This document shows, one piece after another, positions 50,015 through 60,675 of a stretch of 64,000 nucleotides of DNA. The notes below the pieces were generated by a model. The model did not search any database and was not told where the DNA came from. It saw only the letters and a list, made by a program, of their open reading frames with translations. Numbering within the stretch: position 1 is the stretch's first letter; each line of letters begins with the position of its first letter. A program made the position numbers and the translations under genes. The DNA is taken from positions 192,001-256,000 of the forward strand of contig CBDBFU010000014.1 in assembly GCA_965205025.1 (NCBI GenBank), written 5' to 3'. The DNA is from Candidatus Poribacteria bacterium. Lineage in GTDB: Bacteria > Poribacteria > WGA-4E > WGA-3G.

Positions 50015-52465
50015 ATGATTCCTATCGTAGAACAAGCCTTAGAATACGATAAAGTCAAAGTACTCCTAAAAAAATATACTGTCTCAGAGCTGGGAAATAC
50101 GCGGATAGATAATCTTACCCCCTCTAAATCTCTGGACTTGATTCGTTATGAATTGACATTATGTTCTGAGGTAAAGAAATTTCAAGAACGCTGCGGAGAC
50201 CTTCCATTAGCTGGACTAACAGATATAGCTAAAACGCTTACCCATGCATCTAAAACAGGTACCATTTTAGATCCAGAAGAATTCCTAAACATAACAAGAG
50301 TTGCTCAACTCCCCTCTCAAATAAAGCAAAAAACCTATAATCAAAACACAGAAGAATTCCCATACTTATTTGAAATTGTTAGATCACTTCCAAAGTTTGA
50401 TGAGCTTGTTGACTCTATCAACAATTGTATTAGTTCTGAAGGTATTTTACTTGACCGTGCAAGTAAAGAACTACGTTCTATCCGGCAAAGACTCAGAAAG
50501 ATACGTAGTAACATTCATGATAAGTTAGAGACAATTCTTCGCTCACCAGATCATCAAAAATCCATTCAAGAATCTGTCATAACATCACGAAATAATCGTT
50601 TTGTTATTCCAATTAAGCAAGATGCAAGGGCATTTTTCAATGGAGTTGTCCAGGGACAATCCACCAGTGGTGCAACGTACTTTATTGAACCATTATCCGT
50701 TGTTGAAATGAATAACTCCTTACATGATGCAACTGAAACTGAACAACGTGAAATTCGACGGATATTACTTGAATTAACTGACCAATTACGAGAACAATTA
50801 CCAGAACTTGAGCAAGCACTTAATATACTTGGAGATCTTGATTTCTTATCAGCAAAAGCACGTTTTAGTCAAGAACTCAATGCCATTGAACCAAAAATAA
50901 ATAAAAACGGGAATGTCAATCTAAGAAAAGCACGGCATCCGCTATTGGAATTTCAAACACGTCAAAATCGAGAAACGATACAGAAGAAAACTGATGATTC
51001 AATTATATCTGATGAAAAAGATAGATCAAGATTACCAAAACGGGTGATTCCAACTAATATTCATATTGGACGAGATTTTAATACACTCGTTATTACAGGA
51101 CCAAATACCGGTGGAAAAACTGTAGTCTTAAAAACCGTGGGTTTACTATGTATGATGGTACAGTCTGGTCTCCACATTCCTGCAGCAGCAAATAGTGAGT
51201 TGCCAATTTTTGATCATATCTTTGCCGATATTGGTGATGACCAAGGGATTGAACATAATCTAAGCACTTTCTCCTCACATATATCCAAAATAGCAAAAAT
51301 GTTGAAAGAAATTGAAGAATCGGAGTCAACCCATTCCTTAGTACTGTTAGATGAAATCGGCGCAGGAACAGACCCTACAGAAGGTACAGCCATCGGCATG
51401 GCTATCCTCTCATGGCTATCTGAAAGAGATGTTAGAACCATTGTTACTACCCATTATGGTGCTCTCAAGGCATTTACACATACACATCATAAAATGGAAA
51501 ACGCATCTATGGAGTTTGATTCAACTACACTCAGTCCTACATATCGTTTGAGAATTGGGGTGCCTGGGAGTAGCAACGCAATTAAGATTGCTGAACAACT
51601 CGGTCTACCTAACAGTATTCTTACAACCGCTGAAACCTTTTTTGGCAATCATAATATTGCTGTCGAAGATCTATTAATGGAATTACAGGAGACACAACAG
51701 GATTTAGAAACAAAACGTAAGGAACTGCAAGAAAAGATCCATCTCTCAGAATCAGAACATCAGAAATATAAAGAACTAATTGAATCACTTAATTCGGAAC
51801 ATAAGACACTCCAAGAAAAGGCTGAAAAGGAAGCGTTCGAAATCATCTCATCCGCTCGAAAAACTGTTGATAATGTCGTATCTGACATTCGACGTGAACA
51901 AGCCTCCAAAGAAAGCATTCGGGAGGCATTTAACAAAATTGAAAACGCGAAAAAACAGCTTAAACCTGCCCCTCCTGTAATACCTCAGACAAAGAAAATA
52001 CCCATTCTACAAATTGGAGACAAAGTACGAATAATTAAACTAAACCGATTCGGTGAGGTAACTGCTATTGCTAAACAAGGACAAACCCCTATACGTATCA
52101 GTGTCGGTAAAATGCAGATGAATCTTTCATATAACGATATAGACAATGTAGTATCTAAGAAAGAAGCACGACATCTTACCCCATCTGTTCTTGAGTTACA
52201 ACATAGCAAAGCTAATCAAGTAAAAGAAGAACTTTGTATTCATGGTATGCTTGTTAAAGAAGGATTAGATATTACTGATAAATATTTGGATGATGCTTAC
52301 CTTGCCGGATTATTAAAGGTCAGAATTCTTCATGGAAAAGGTACAGGGGCATTAAGAAATGCAGTACATCAAGTGTTAAACGAAAACCCTCATGTAGGTA
52401 ATTATGAATATGCCCCGCCAAGTGAAGGTGGCGAAGGTGTTACAGTCGTAAAATTCAAAGAATGA
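50015..52465 (+). CDS. mutS2: Endonuclease MutS2
   Basis: ITGPNTGGKT, LSTFSSH, DEIGAGTDP, C-terminal Smr domain HGKGTG. Confidence 0.96.
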   Translation: MIPIVEQALEYDKVKVLLKKYTVSELGNTRIDNLTPSKSLDLIRYELTLCSEVKKFQERCGDLPLAGLTDIAKTLTHASKTGTILDPEEFLNITRVAQLPSQIKQKTYNQNTEEFPYLFEIVRSLPKFDELVDSINNCISSEGILLDRASKELRSIRQRLRKIRSNIHDKLETILRSPDHQKSIQESVITSRNNRFVIPIKQDARAFFNGVVQGQSTSGATYFIEPLSVVEMNNSLHDATETEQREIRRILLELTDQLREQLPELEQALNILGDLDFLSAKARFSQELNAIEPKINKNGNVNLRKARHPLLEFQTRQNRETIQKKTDDSIISDEKDRSRLPKRVIPTNIHIGRDFNTLVITGPNTGGKTVVLKTVGLLCMMVQSGLHIPAAANSELPIFDHIFADIGDDQGIEHNLSTFSSHISKIAKMLKEIEESESTHSLVLLDEIGAGTDPTEGTAIGMAILSWLSERDVRTIVTTHYGALKAFTHTHHKMENASMEFDSTTLSPTYRLRIGVPGSSNAIKIAEQLGLPNSILTTAETFFGNHNIAVEDLLMELQETQQDLETKRKELQEKIHLSESEHQKYKELIESLNSEHKTLQEKAEKEAFEIISSARKTVDNVVSDIRREQASKESIREAFNKIENAKKQLKPAPPVIPQTKKIPILQIGDKVRIIKLNRFGEVTAIAKQGQTPIRISVGKMQMNLSYNDIDNVVSKKEARHLTPSVLELQHSKANQVKEELCIHGMLVKEGLDITDKYLDDAYLAGLLKVRILHGKGTGALRNAVHQVLNENPHVGNYEYAPPSEGGEGVTVVKFKE

Positions 52466-52483
52466 GAACTCATAGAAGAAAAA

Positions 52484-54331
52484 ATGGCAACTAACCAATA
52501 TATTCCACCAGAAGTTATAGATGAAATTCGTACCAGCAATAATATTGTGGATGTAATCTCCGATTGTGGGGTACAATTAAAACAGGCTGGTAGGAATTAT
52601 CAGGCACTATGTCCATTTCACGATGAGAAAACACCATCCTTTTCTGTTTCTCCTGAAAAACAGATTTTCTACTGTTTTGGTTGTCAAACTGGCGGTAATG
52701 TCATAAGTTTTGTACAAAAACATGAAGGGAAAAACTTCATTGAAACAATAAAATGGCTGGCAGACCGGGCAAACATCTCATTACCTGAACGGGATTCAAA
52801 ATCAAATGAGAGACAAAAAAAAATAAATGCTCTAAGTGAACTAAATACATTTGCAATTAAATATTATCATGAACTCCTACGCACCGGTCAACATAGCCAA
52901 CAAGCACGTGAATATCTAAAGAACCGGGGTGTAATTTCACAGACGATTAATCAATTCCAACTCGGCTATGCAAAACAACAGAGACAAGACTTTGTTAAAG
53001 CTGCAAAACACGAAGGATATACAATACAGCAATTATTAGATGTTGGATTAATTAAAAATGAAGACTATGGTCCACAGGATAGGTTTTGGAATCGGATTCT
53101 ATTTCCAATCCATAATGCACAAGGCAACCCAGTCGGATTCGGAGGCAGATCATTATCAGAAGAACACCAACCCAAATATCTTAATTCTCCCGCTACAGTC
53201 TTGTATGACAAGAGTAAAATCCTATACAACCTTGATAAGGCGAGACAATCTATATCAAGAAAACAGTCAGCACTTCTCGTTGAGGGTTATATGGATGTAT
53301 TAATGCTACATCAACATGGGATTGAGAATGTAATTGCATCATCAGGTACATCTCTGAGTCAACAGCACGCATCTCTCTTGAGTCGGTATACTCCAGAAGT
53401 CGTAATTGTTTTTGATGGAGACAACTCAGGTCTTCAGGCTGCTCAACGTGGTCTACACTGTTTAGTCGCTGAAGGTATCCGTGTACGTATTGCCTTAGTT
53501 CCTGAAGGCGACGATCCTGATTCTTTTGTGAAAGAACATGGTGCTGATGAATTTGATAATCTCATTGGTAATGCTATAAACCTAATTGAATTTCAGATAC
53601 AATCTGCCATACAAGGAAATAATATTCGTAATCCAGAAGTTAAAACCCAGGTATTGAAGGATACATGTGAGATACTTGTTAATATTCAGAATCGAGTTGA
53701 GCGTACCGAGTATGTGAAATATGCAGTAAGAGAGCTTGATGTAGACGAAGGATTAATTTGGAGAGAATTGCGCGAGTTAGGCTTGAAAGATACACCCATC
53801 CCTCGACAGGGTTCCCAACAAAAGATAAATCAAAAAAAACTATCACCACGCGAACAAATTGAACTACAATTCGTCCAATCCTTAATCCAATCTCCTGAAC
53901 ATGTATCTACTGTTAGACACGAATTTGATATCAATGATATACAAGATCCTATTCTTGCAAACATCGCTCAAATACTATGGGATGCAGCTGAAACAAATGA
54001 AGAAATTGATATACAACAGGTCCTTAATACTATTGAAGATGAAAAACTAAGTGGTTTTATAACCAACGCACTTCTGAACAAGAAGGATATTCCCAACTAC
54101 CATACACGGATTCAAGGGTGTATTGTCAAGTTGAAAGCTTACCTAATTCAAGATATTGAGCAACAAGTGAGAAAATCATCACAAGCAGATGATAATGATC
54201 TTGATACTCTCAAGGAATTAGTTAACATTTCAAATAGAAGAAAAAATTATGTTCAAGAGAAGCAATCTGAACAAAAGGAAAATAACAACAAGTCTGAGAT
54301 AGCAACGGACACACCAGTAAATTCTAAGTAA
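52484..54331 (+). CDS. dnaG: DNA primase
   Basis: CPFHDEKTPSF/CFGC zinc finger, PKYLNSP, EGYMD, FDGD, DPD. Confidence 0.97.
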   Translation: MATNQYIPPEVIDEIRTSNNIVDVISDCGVQLKQAGRNYQALCPFHDEKTPSFSVSPEKQIFYCFGCQTGGNVISFVQKHEGKNFIETIKWLADRANISLPERDSKSNERQKKINALSELNTFAIKYYHELLRTGQHSQQAREYLKNRGVISQTINQFQLGYAKQQRQDFVKAAKHEGYTIQQLLDVGLIKNEDYGPQDRFWNRILFPIHNAQGNPVGFGGRSLSEEHQPKYLNSPATVLYDKSKILYNLDKARQSISRKQSALLVEGYMDVLMLHQHGIENVIASSGTSLSQQHASLLSRYTPEVVIVFDGDNSGLQAAQRGLHCLVAEGIRVRIALVPEGDDPDSFVKEHGADEFDNLIGNAINLIEFQIQSAIQGNNIRNPEVKTQVLKDTCEILVNIQNRVERTEYVKYAVRELDVDEGLIWRELRELGLKDTPIPRQGSQQKINQKKLSPREQIELQFVQSLIQSPEHVSTVRHEFDINDIQDPILANIAQILWDAAETNEEIDIQQVLNTIEDEKLSGFITNALLNKKDIPNYHTRIQGCIVKLKAYLIQDIEQQVRKSSQADDNDLDTLKELVNISNRRKNYVQEKQSEQKENNNKSEIATDTPVNSK

Positions 54332-54350
54332 TATAAAGGAGAACTAAGCA

Positions 54351-55958
54351 GTGGACTTAGAAACAACCCACCCACTTGATATAACGGAATCGGATAACAG
54401 CGATCAAATTGAAATAGATGAGTTAATCGATTTACCCCCAGGGGAAGTAAGTGAACGGGAGGACCTCATTAAGGTCTATTTACGCGATATGGGAAAAATA
54501 CCGTTGCTTGATAAAGATATGGAGATCGAATTGTCTCAACAAATTGAGATGGGTCACCATCAAGTACAAGAAGCAACATTCACAACGCGATTGGCAATTG
54601 CCGAGGTAAGAAAACTATTATATAAGATCATAATTGCCAAAAAACGTGCTTCTGATCTCATTGATATGAGAATTTCAAGCAATTCCACGCGCGATAAAGA
54701 ACGGAAACTTCGTAATAAGGTAGAGAAGACTATGCGTGTGATTGAAGAACTGGAATTGGAGTATCTTGATGCTGCGAAAAAATCCATCAATGACAATTCT
54801 CAGGTGGAACTCCCAACGATAGGAAATCACTCTACATTTTTAAAGCACATTGAACAACTGAAGATTGACCGTGAAGAAATAAGTAAAATCTCCGGTCAAG
54901 TAAAAGATGTGGAACGAAACATAAGTGACCGTGAACAAGCTATTTTACGCCTTCAAAGTGAACATAAGATCTCTCCCGAATGGTCAAATGGCAGGATTGA
55001 TGTCAAATTGAAGGAGTTTAAATCTGATGCTGCCAAACAAGCATATATACAAATTGTACGATATGAACGTGAAATACAGCAATATCTCAACACAATAGGC
55101 ATATCACGGGATTCCCTCCATAGTATTACAAAACAGATTTGTTTAGGAGAAGCAAATGCCCAAGATGCTAAAATGGCAATTGTTGAAGCAAATCTTCGAT
55201 TAGTCGTTAGTATCGCAAAGAAATATAGACATCAAGCTCCTGGACTTGAATTTCTTGATTTAATTCAAGAAGGCAACATAGGATTAATGCGGGCTGTAGA
55301 TAAATTCGACTATCAAAGAGGATTTAAGTTCAGTACTTATGCAACATGGTGGATTCGTCAGAGCATTACTCGTGCCATTGCTGACCAAGGACGAACAATA
55401 CGGATACCTGTACATATGCACGAAAGAATCAATAAAATGCGACGGGCAGAACGCTCATTACTTCAAGAAATAGGTCGAAGACCTACACCCGAAGAAATTG
55501 CTGATGATATGGGAATACCACCAGAAAAAGTAAGAGAAGTATTAAGAATTGTTCCTGAAACAGTTTCGCTGGAAACACCTATCGGTGATGACGACGATGA
55601 TAGTCAATTAGGGGATTTTATTGAGGATGTAAGCGTTTTATCCCCTTCCACTGAGGCAGAACTCAGTATCCTAAAAGAACGTATACAAGAAGCACTCATT
55701 GATCTTTCTGAAAGAGAACGTGAAGTTATTGTTCTTAGGTTTGGCATTGAAGATGATTCCAATAATCCTCTGTTGTCTGAGCATACACGTCAACGGATAG
55801 AAGAATTATGTATCACTACTGGATATCCTAAGACACTTGAAGAAGTGGGTGAGGTATTTGCTGTTACACGAGAACGTATACGCCAAATTGAGGCGAAAGC
55901 ACTCCGAAAACTACGCCATCCTGTTCGGAGCCATCGACTTCGTGGATTCATTGAGTAG
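54351..55958 (+). CDS. rpoD: Primary sigma-70 factor
   Basis: [57 protein letters not shown]; follows dnaG. Confidence 0.95.
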   Translation: MDLETTHPLDITESDNSDQIEIDELIDLPPGEVSEREDLIKVYLRDMGKIPLLDKDMEIELSQQIEMGHHQVQEATFTTRLAIAEVRKLLYKIIIAKKRASDLIDMRISSNSTRDKERKLRNKVEKTMRVIEELELEYLDAAKKSINDNSQVELPTIGNHSTFLKHIEQLKIDREEISKISGQVKDVERNISDREQAILRLQSEHKISPEWSNGRIDVKLKEFKSDAAKQAYIQIVRYEREIQQYLNTIGISRDSLHSITKQICLGEANAQDAKMAIVEANLRLVVSIAKKYRHQAPGLEFLDLIQEGNIGLMRAVDKFDYQRGFKFSTYATWWIRQSITRAIADQGRTIRIPVHMHERINKMRRAERSLLQEIGRRPTPEEIADDMGIPPEKVREVLRIVPETVSLETPIGDDDDDSQLGDFIEDVSVLSPSTEAELSILKERIQEALIDLSEREREVIVLRFGIEDDSNNPLLSEHTRQRIEELCITTGYPKTLEEVGEVFAVTRERIRQIEAKALRKLRHPVRSHRLRGFIE

Positions 55959-56047
55959 TCATGTATCAGATACTTTGTAGAATCCAACGGATTATTTTAT
56001 AAAATTCTTGAATTTTAATTATATGGAAGGTATAATTAAGATACTAA

Positions 56048-56121
56048 GGGTCCATAGCTCAGTGGTCAGAGCCGTCGGCTCATAACCGACTGGTCCCTAG
56101 GTTCGAGTCCTAGTGGGCCCA
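56048..56121 (+). tRNA. tRNA with CAT anticodon (probably Ile2, lysidine-modified)
   Basis: gggtcca/tgggccc acceptor stem, loop ctcataa; lacks the initiator GGG/CCC anticodon stem; located after rpoD. Confidence 0.9.
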
Positions 56122-56133
56122 TTCTTCTTTTTA

Positions 56134-56206
56134 GGGGCGTTAGCTCAGGGGTACGAGCGCTACCTTCACACGGTAGAAGTCACTGGTTCAAATCCAGTAC
56201 GCCCCA
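56134..56206 (+). tRNA. tRNA-Val (CAC)
   Basis: ggggcgt/acgcccc acceptor stem, ctacc-ttcacac-ggtag anticodon arm, GTTCAAATC. Confidence 0.93.
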
Positions 56207-56263
56207 TTATCAAGAAAACACCCCAATTACCCACTTACTATATCTATTTACCCAACAATAACT

Positions 56264-56704
56264 ATGCATGAGCATGAACCCCGTTGGATACAACGTGCAA
56301 ACAGTTTTAAGAGAGCATTAGCTCAATTGAAATCGGCTGTTAAACTAAGGGAACAACGTGAACTTTCAGATTTAGAATCACAAGGCTTAATACAAAGGTT
56401 TGAATTTACACATGAACTCGCTTGGAAAACTCTGAAAAATTTCCTTGAATCTAAAGGTTTGATGAATTTATACGGTTCACGAGACACAACACGGGCAAGA
56501 GATGACTTTAGGAATGGATCTGATATTGATTTGACGTTGTATGGTGGGGATGAACTAACACACACTGTTGTTTCTCAAATTTCAATTGACCTTGACGATC
56601 AATTGCTACCGTATACCATTGATTTATCTATTTTTAAGAATCTTCGTAATCCTGAAATGATTAAAGAAATTGAACGCATTGGAAAAATATTCTACAGAAG
56701 ATAA
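56264..56704 (+). CDS. In-frame fusion of HEPN (HI0074-like) N-terminus and MNT nucleotidyltransferase C-terminus; probable deletion derivative of a HEPN-MNT pair
   Basis: RWIQR..F..AL..QGLIQRFEFTHELAWKTLK (HI0074 family) joined to ARDDFRNGSDIDL...LPYTIDL...IERIGK (MNT). Confidence 0.8.
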   Translation: MHEHEPRWIQRANSFKRALAQLKSAVKLREQRELSDLESQGLIQRFEFTHELAWKTLKNFLESKGLMNLYGSRDTTRARDDFRNGSDIDLTLYGGDELTHTVVSQISIDLDDQLLPYTIDLSIFKNLRNPEMIKEIERIGKIFYRR

Positions 56705-56823
56705 CGTGAGTTTGATAATAGGTTTATGAACTTCATTTTATCTAAAATATTACTCTCATAGACCCGGTAGGTGCGGTTTCCTAACCGCACTGAATTCAAA
56801 AATTTGAGTTTTCAAACTCACGT
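56704..56823. mobile_element. MITE Z, 12-bp TIR, 8-bp TSD, carrying a GTAG REP
   Basis: acgtgagtttga / tcaaactcacgt; agaagata duplicated at 56696-56703 and 56824-56831; internal gtaggtgcggtttcctaaccgcac. Confidence 0.85.
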
Positions 56824-56848
56824 AGAAGATAGATTGTTAAGGTCATAA

Positions 56849-57619
56849 ATGCAAGAATTCAAAATTGGAAATCACACATATACATCAAGGCTCTTAATCG
56901 GCACAGCAGGATATCCGAATTTCCAGATCATGACAGAAGCAATCTTGGCAAGTGGAGCAGAAATAGCTACTGTTTCGATGCGTAGAGTTAAATTTACTGA
57001 TTCATCTGAAGAGAATCTATTTACACTTCTAAGTGAACGAGGAATTACAATACTCCCAAATACTGCTGGGTGTTTTACTGCCAAGGATGCAATCTTAACT
57101 GCACAGCTTGCACAAGAAGCACTTGCAACCTCATTGATTAAACTCGAAGTAATAGGTGATGATCAGACACTATTCCCAGATGTTGAGCAACTACTCTCTG
57201 CTGCGGACACTCTTGTAAAGGATGGATTTACTGTTCTCCCCTATTGCAATGATGACCCTATTACATGTAAGAAATTAGAAGACCTTGGCTGTGTAGCAGT
57301 TATGCCGTTAGGTGCACCCATTGGTTCTGGAATGGGGATTCGAAACCCATATAACATACAAATAATACGTGATAGTGTCAATGTTCCACTTATTGTCGAT
57401 GCGGGGGTCGGAACAGCATCAGATGCAGCAATCGCAATGGAATTAGGATGCGATGGTGTATTACTCAACACTGCTGTTGCCAAAGCACACCGACCTGTCC
57501 TTATGGCAGAAGCCATGAAGAAAGCTGTAGAAGCTGGCCGTGCTGCATTCTTAGCAGGACGTATTCCTCGGAAACTCTATGCTACTGCTTCAAGTCCACA
57601 AGATGGATTGATAGAGTAA
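56849..57619 (+). CDS. thiG: Thiazole synthase
   Basis: [42 protein letters not shown]. Confidence 0.97.
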   Translation: MQEFKIGNHTYTSRLLIGTAGYPNFQIMTEAILASGAEIATVSMRRVKFTDSSEENLFTLLSERGITILPNTAGCFTAKDAILTAQLAQEALATSLIKLEVIGDDQTLFPDVEQLLSAADTLVKDGFTVLPYCNDDPITCKKLEDLGCVAVMPLGAPIGSGMGIRNPYNIQIIRDSVNVPLIVDAGVGTASDAAIAMELGCDGVLLNTAVAKAHRPVLMAEAMKKAVEAGRAAFLAGRIPRKLYATASSPQDGLIE

Positions 57620-57674
57620 AATTCTGTAAATCATATTCACCCAATCTATGGTACAATAAAGTATTAGAAATTAG

Positions 57675-58895
57675 ATGAAAAAAACTACCCTTCCTATTCT
57701 GATAGGGATCGCTGTATACACACTCCTGTTTTCCCCATTTTCGCAACCCACGGATGCACAATTACAAGATCAATTTGGACAAGATCTACAACAGCTTGTG
57801 CCACCAACCCCACCAAAGACTGATACAGCTAAACTCACTATTGATCCAAATATAACAAATACCTTTAATAATCACATTGAGCTTGGATTGAGTGTTGACC
57901 CATACACAAGTAGTCTTGCTGGGCAAGAAAATCCACAGCTAATTGGGTTAATAAATCGGTTTGGTGTAAACTTTCAAGGTGATTTACCGATTGTAGATAA
58001 GAAATTGATGCTAAAATTATCTTATTCTCCGCAATATGAAAACTATAATGGAGCAGAAGGAAAACTTGATGAATTTGATGCATTTACAGACAGGTCTCTC
58101 ACTGAGTTAAGCTATAGTCCATTTTCAAATTCTCCTGAAATTACATTTTCACACAACCTTAAACGTCTGAAACGAACATTACCTGTCTATAATAATACTG
58201 ATCGTCAGATAGGACTAAGGTTCGGTCGTTTATTTGAATACAACTTTCGTATTCATAGATTTGATGATGAATCTGAACTAAGAGAGGATTTCCTTCTTAT
58301 TGGTTCAACCAGCCATAGAGCAACAACCCGTTTACAGTTTGGTTTACTCAGACAGATGATTGGAAAGGTTGAGTATTCGATTGAAAATGCCCGATACCAG
58401 ACAAATCTAAATAATCTAATATTAGGTATTTCTGGTCTGGAAGAAGGGGAAATAAGGGGTGATTGGAGACATGCTGGTAGTATAGAATTGTTACAGGTAA
58501 TCACGAAACGAATTGTATTTCAGGAAGAGGTTAACCTATTTAATAACCGTTCTAATGTAGATTTTTTTAATTTTCAAAGCACAGAAGCTGCATTTAGTAC
58601 ATTCTATAAGTTAGATACAGAAGATTGGGTTCGAATACGCCTTTCTCGGCTTTGGGTCGTTTTTGAACACAGAGGAATACGGGATGCAGAAGGTGCTATT
58701 ATGGAGAATGCAGGAAATCGGAGTGATAGACAATTCAGTATAAATACACAAACAAATTGGCAATTCTACGATAATATCTCACTAAATTTAGATTACAAAT
58801 ATACCTATAATGATTCGAATCAGATTGATCCGTTATACAGTTTTTTAGACTATCAACATAGTATATTAAGCGTAACATTACGCGGTAGTTATTAA
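57675..58895 (+). CDS. Probable outer-membrane beta-barrel protein
   Basis: Signal peptide, alternating amphipathic strands, C-terminal beta-signal-like LSVTLRGSY. Confidence 0.65.
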   Translation: MKKTTLPILIGIAVYTLLFSPFSQPTDAQLQDQFGQDLQQLVPPTPPKTDTAKLTIDPNITNTFNNHIELGLSVDPYTSSLAGQENPQLIGLINRFGVNFQGDLPIVDKKLMLKLSYSPQYENYNGAEGKLDEFDAFTDRSLTELSYSPFSNSPEITFSHNLKRLKRTLPVYNNTDRQIGLRFGRLFEYNFRIHRFDDESELREDFLLIGSTSHRATTRLQFGLLRQMIGKVEYSIENARYQTNLNNLILGISGLEEGEIRGDWRHAGSIELLQVITKRIVFQEEVNLFNNRSNVDFFNFQSTEAAFSTFYKLDTEDWVRIRLSRLWVVFEHRGIRDAEGAIMENAGNRSDRQFSINTQTNWQFYDNISLNLDYKYTYNDSNQIDPLYSFLDYQHSILSVTLRGSY

Positions 58896-58954
58896 AATCA
58901 AATCATCATCCCACCCAATTTCCTCAACAAACTCTGTTGAATCAATAATTATAG

Positions 58955-60490
58955 TTATCTCTCTCGTTGTCCTTTATAGAGTTTTAACCTTCCTTTAGCA
59001 TCTATCAGACTATAACATGCTTCAATTTCCTTAGAAACCTTCTCTGTATTAGGATCACCCCACAATAATAGATAATCAACATTGTCAGCATAATCACATA
59101 AATCAATCTGTTCTGATCGCCAATGGACAGTCTGTACCCATTCCTTTTCATCGGTTGGTGTTTCAAATGTGGGTTTGAAGTGAACAGGAAAATAGTCAAA
59201 CTGAACTTCATAGTTTCCAAGATTGATACAGCCGTTATCAAGACAATAATAATTGGCACCATTGACAAAAATGCCTACTCTTAAGGACTCTCCACCAGAG
59301 TCAAACTGTAAAGGAAGAATAACACTATTATCCTCAACTTTCTCAACGAAAGCATTGAATTCATCTAATTCAGTGTTTAGTTTTTTACAGAGTATACCAA
59401 TATAGGTGATATTAACTATTGCCAACATTGTTACTGCTACTGTAAATACTCTCTTCCAACTACGATTCTCACTTAATCTGAAACATGCAAACAAAGACAA
59501 CATTGATAGAATCAACAATCTGTCGTTTACCCATCCACCGGGACCAACGTTATTAGGTAGGATTAGATATAGACCGAACAGGACAACAAATAGAATCAAG
59601 AATAGTTTCTGTCCTGTATTCTCCTTGAAGAATTCCATTCTGCTTTTCCAAAAAGTAAAAATAGTAAGAAAAAGTAAAAATGCAAAAACACAATATGCTA
59701 TCCAAGATTGATTTTGATTATATGCGACTAACACCTTTAAACCGACAAGATTTTCCAATAAACCACCTATTCTTCCAAAATCAATATCTGGGAGTCTACC
59801 AGATAATAAATCGGATGTTGGCAAATATACCAAAAACATTAATGCAGCAGGTAGAACTGAACATCCGGTAAGCAAGATCTTTTTAAAGTTACGTCTATAG
59901 TGGACTACGGTGAGCAATGCAATCGAGAATAGAACAAAGGCATACGAAATCAAATGTGCAAAGTAGGTTATCAGTATTAATAGATTGATATAGATAATTT
60001 TTCTCGTATCCAAATTATCCTTGTATTTCCACCAGAACCCTAATGCTAAGAAAAACAGTGGAACACTCACTGCAAAGTTGTAGAAACCCATTAAGAGAAG
60101 ATAGTTATAGATGAAGGTAAAACTCAGAATTACTAACGAATTCTGGTTTGGTCTCACAGCATTTAGAAAATAATGAATAGATACTGGGAAAAGGATAACA
60201 TATAGACTCAAGAAAACCTTCTCTGCATATAATGGTGAGAAGATATACATTAATAATGTCAACGATATATGTGATAACCAGTTAGGGAATGGGAACCAAT
60301 GAATGTCGTAGTAATCACCAAACTCAAAATCAGGATTATTATAATCTGTAATTATGTGTGAGTTATAGACATGGCTTATACCATCTTGTGTAGGGAAGTA
60401 GGTGAAAAGCCAAATTGGTAATAGATAGAAAAATATCAGTGTACCAATTAGCAAATTTGATTTCGTGTAATACCTTGAAAGATCTTTCAT
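58955..60490 (-). CDS. Polytopic membrane protein, GT-C glycosyltransferase-like
   Basis: About 11-12 TM segments, first-loop PTQDGISH motif, soluble C-terminal domain. Confidence 0.6.
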   Translation of the reverse strand: MKDLSRYYTKSNLLIGTLIFFYLLPIWLFTYFPTQDGISHVYNSHIITDYNNPDFEFGDYYDIHWFPFPNWLSHISLTLLMYIFSPLYAEKVFLSLYVILFPVSIHYFLNAVRPNQNSLVILSFTFIYNYLLLMGFYNFAVSVPLFFLALGFWWKYKDNLDTRKIIYINLLILITYFAHLISYAFVLFSIALLTVVHYRRNFKKILLTGCSVLPAALMFLVYLPTSDLLSGRLPDIDFGRIGGLLENLVGLKVLVAYNQNQSWIAYCVFAFLLFLTIFTFWKSRMEFFKENTGQKLFLILFVVLFGLYLILPNNVGPGGWVNDRLLILSMLSLFACFRLSENRSWKRVFTVAVTMLAIVNITYIGILCKKLNTELDEFNAFVEKVEDNSVILPLQFDSGGESLRVGIFVNGANYYCLDNGCINLGNYEVQFDYFPVHFKPTFETPTDEKEWVQTVHWRSEQIDLCDYADNVDYLLLWGDPNTEKVSKEIEACYSLIDAKGRLKLYKGQRER

Positions 60491-60675
60491 AATTTATCCC
60501 TTTAGATACGTAAATCCTCTCACGCGACTGATTCTACTTTCATCTTACCATATTTCTACATTTTAATAATCAACGAATTGATTCTATCACATTCCTATCC
60601 TACTGGATAGTCCACGCTAAATTTACAAGTTGTCTTTTTCGATAGAAGCAATCATACAAAAACCATTACCTCGTC

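Noticed and set aside
47439-56206. Prophage or island integrated at the tRNAs
   Set aside because: No integrase and no duplicated tRNA 3' end found; the flanking genes are mostly housekeeping.
56705-56848. TPP riboswitch upstream of thiG
   Set aside because: No CTGAGA/TPP core; the space is occupied by MITE Z.
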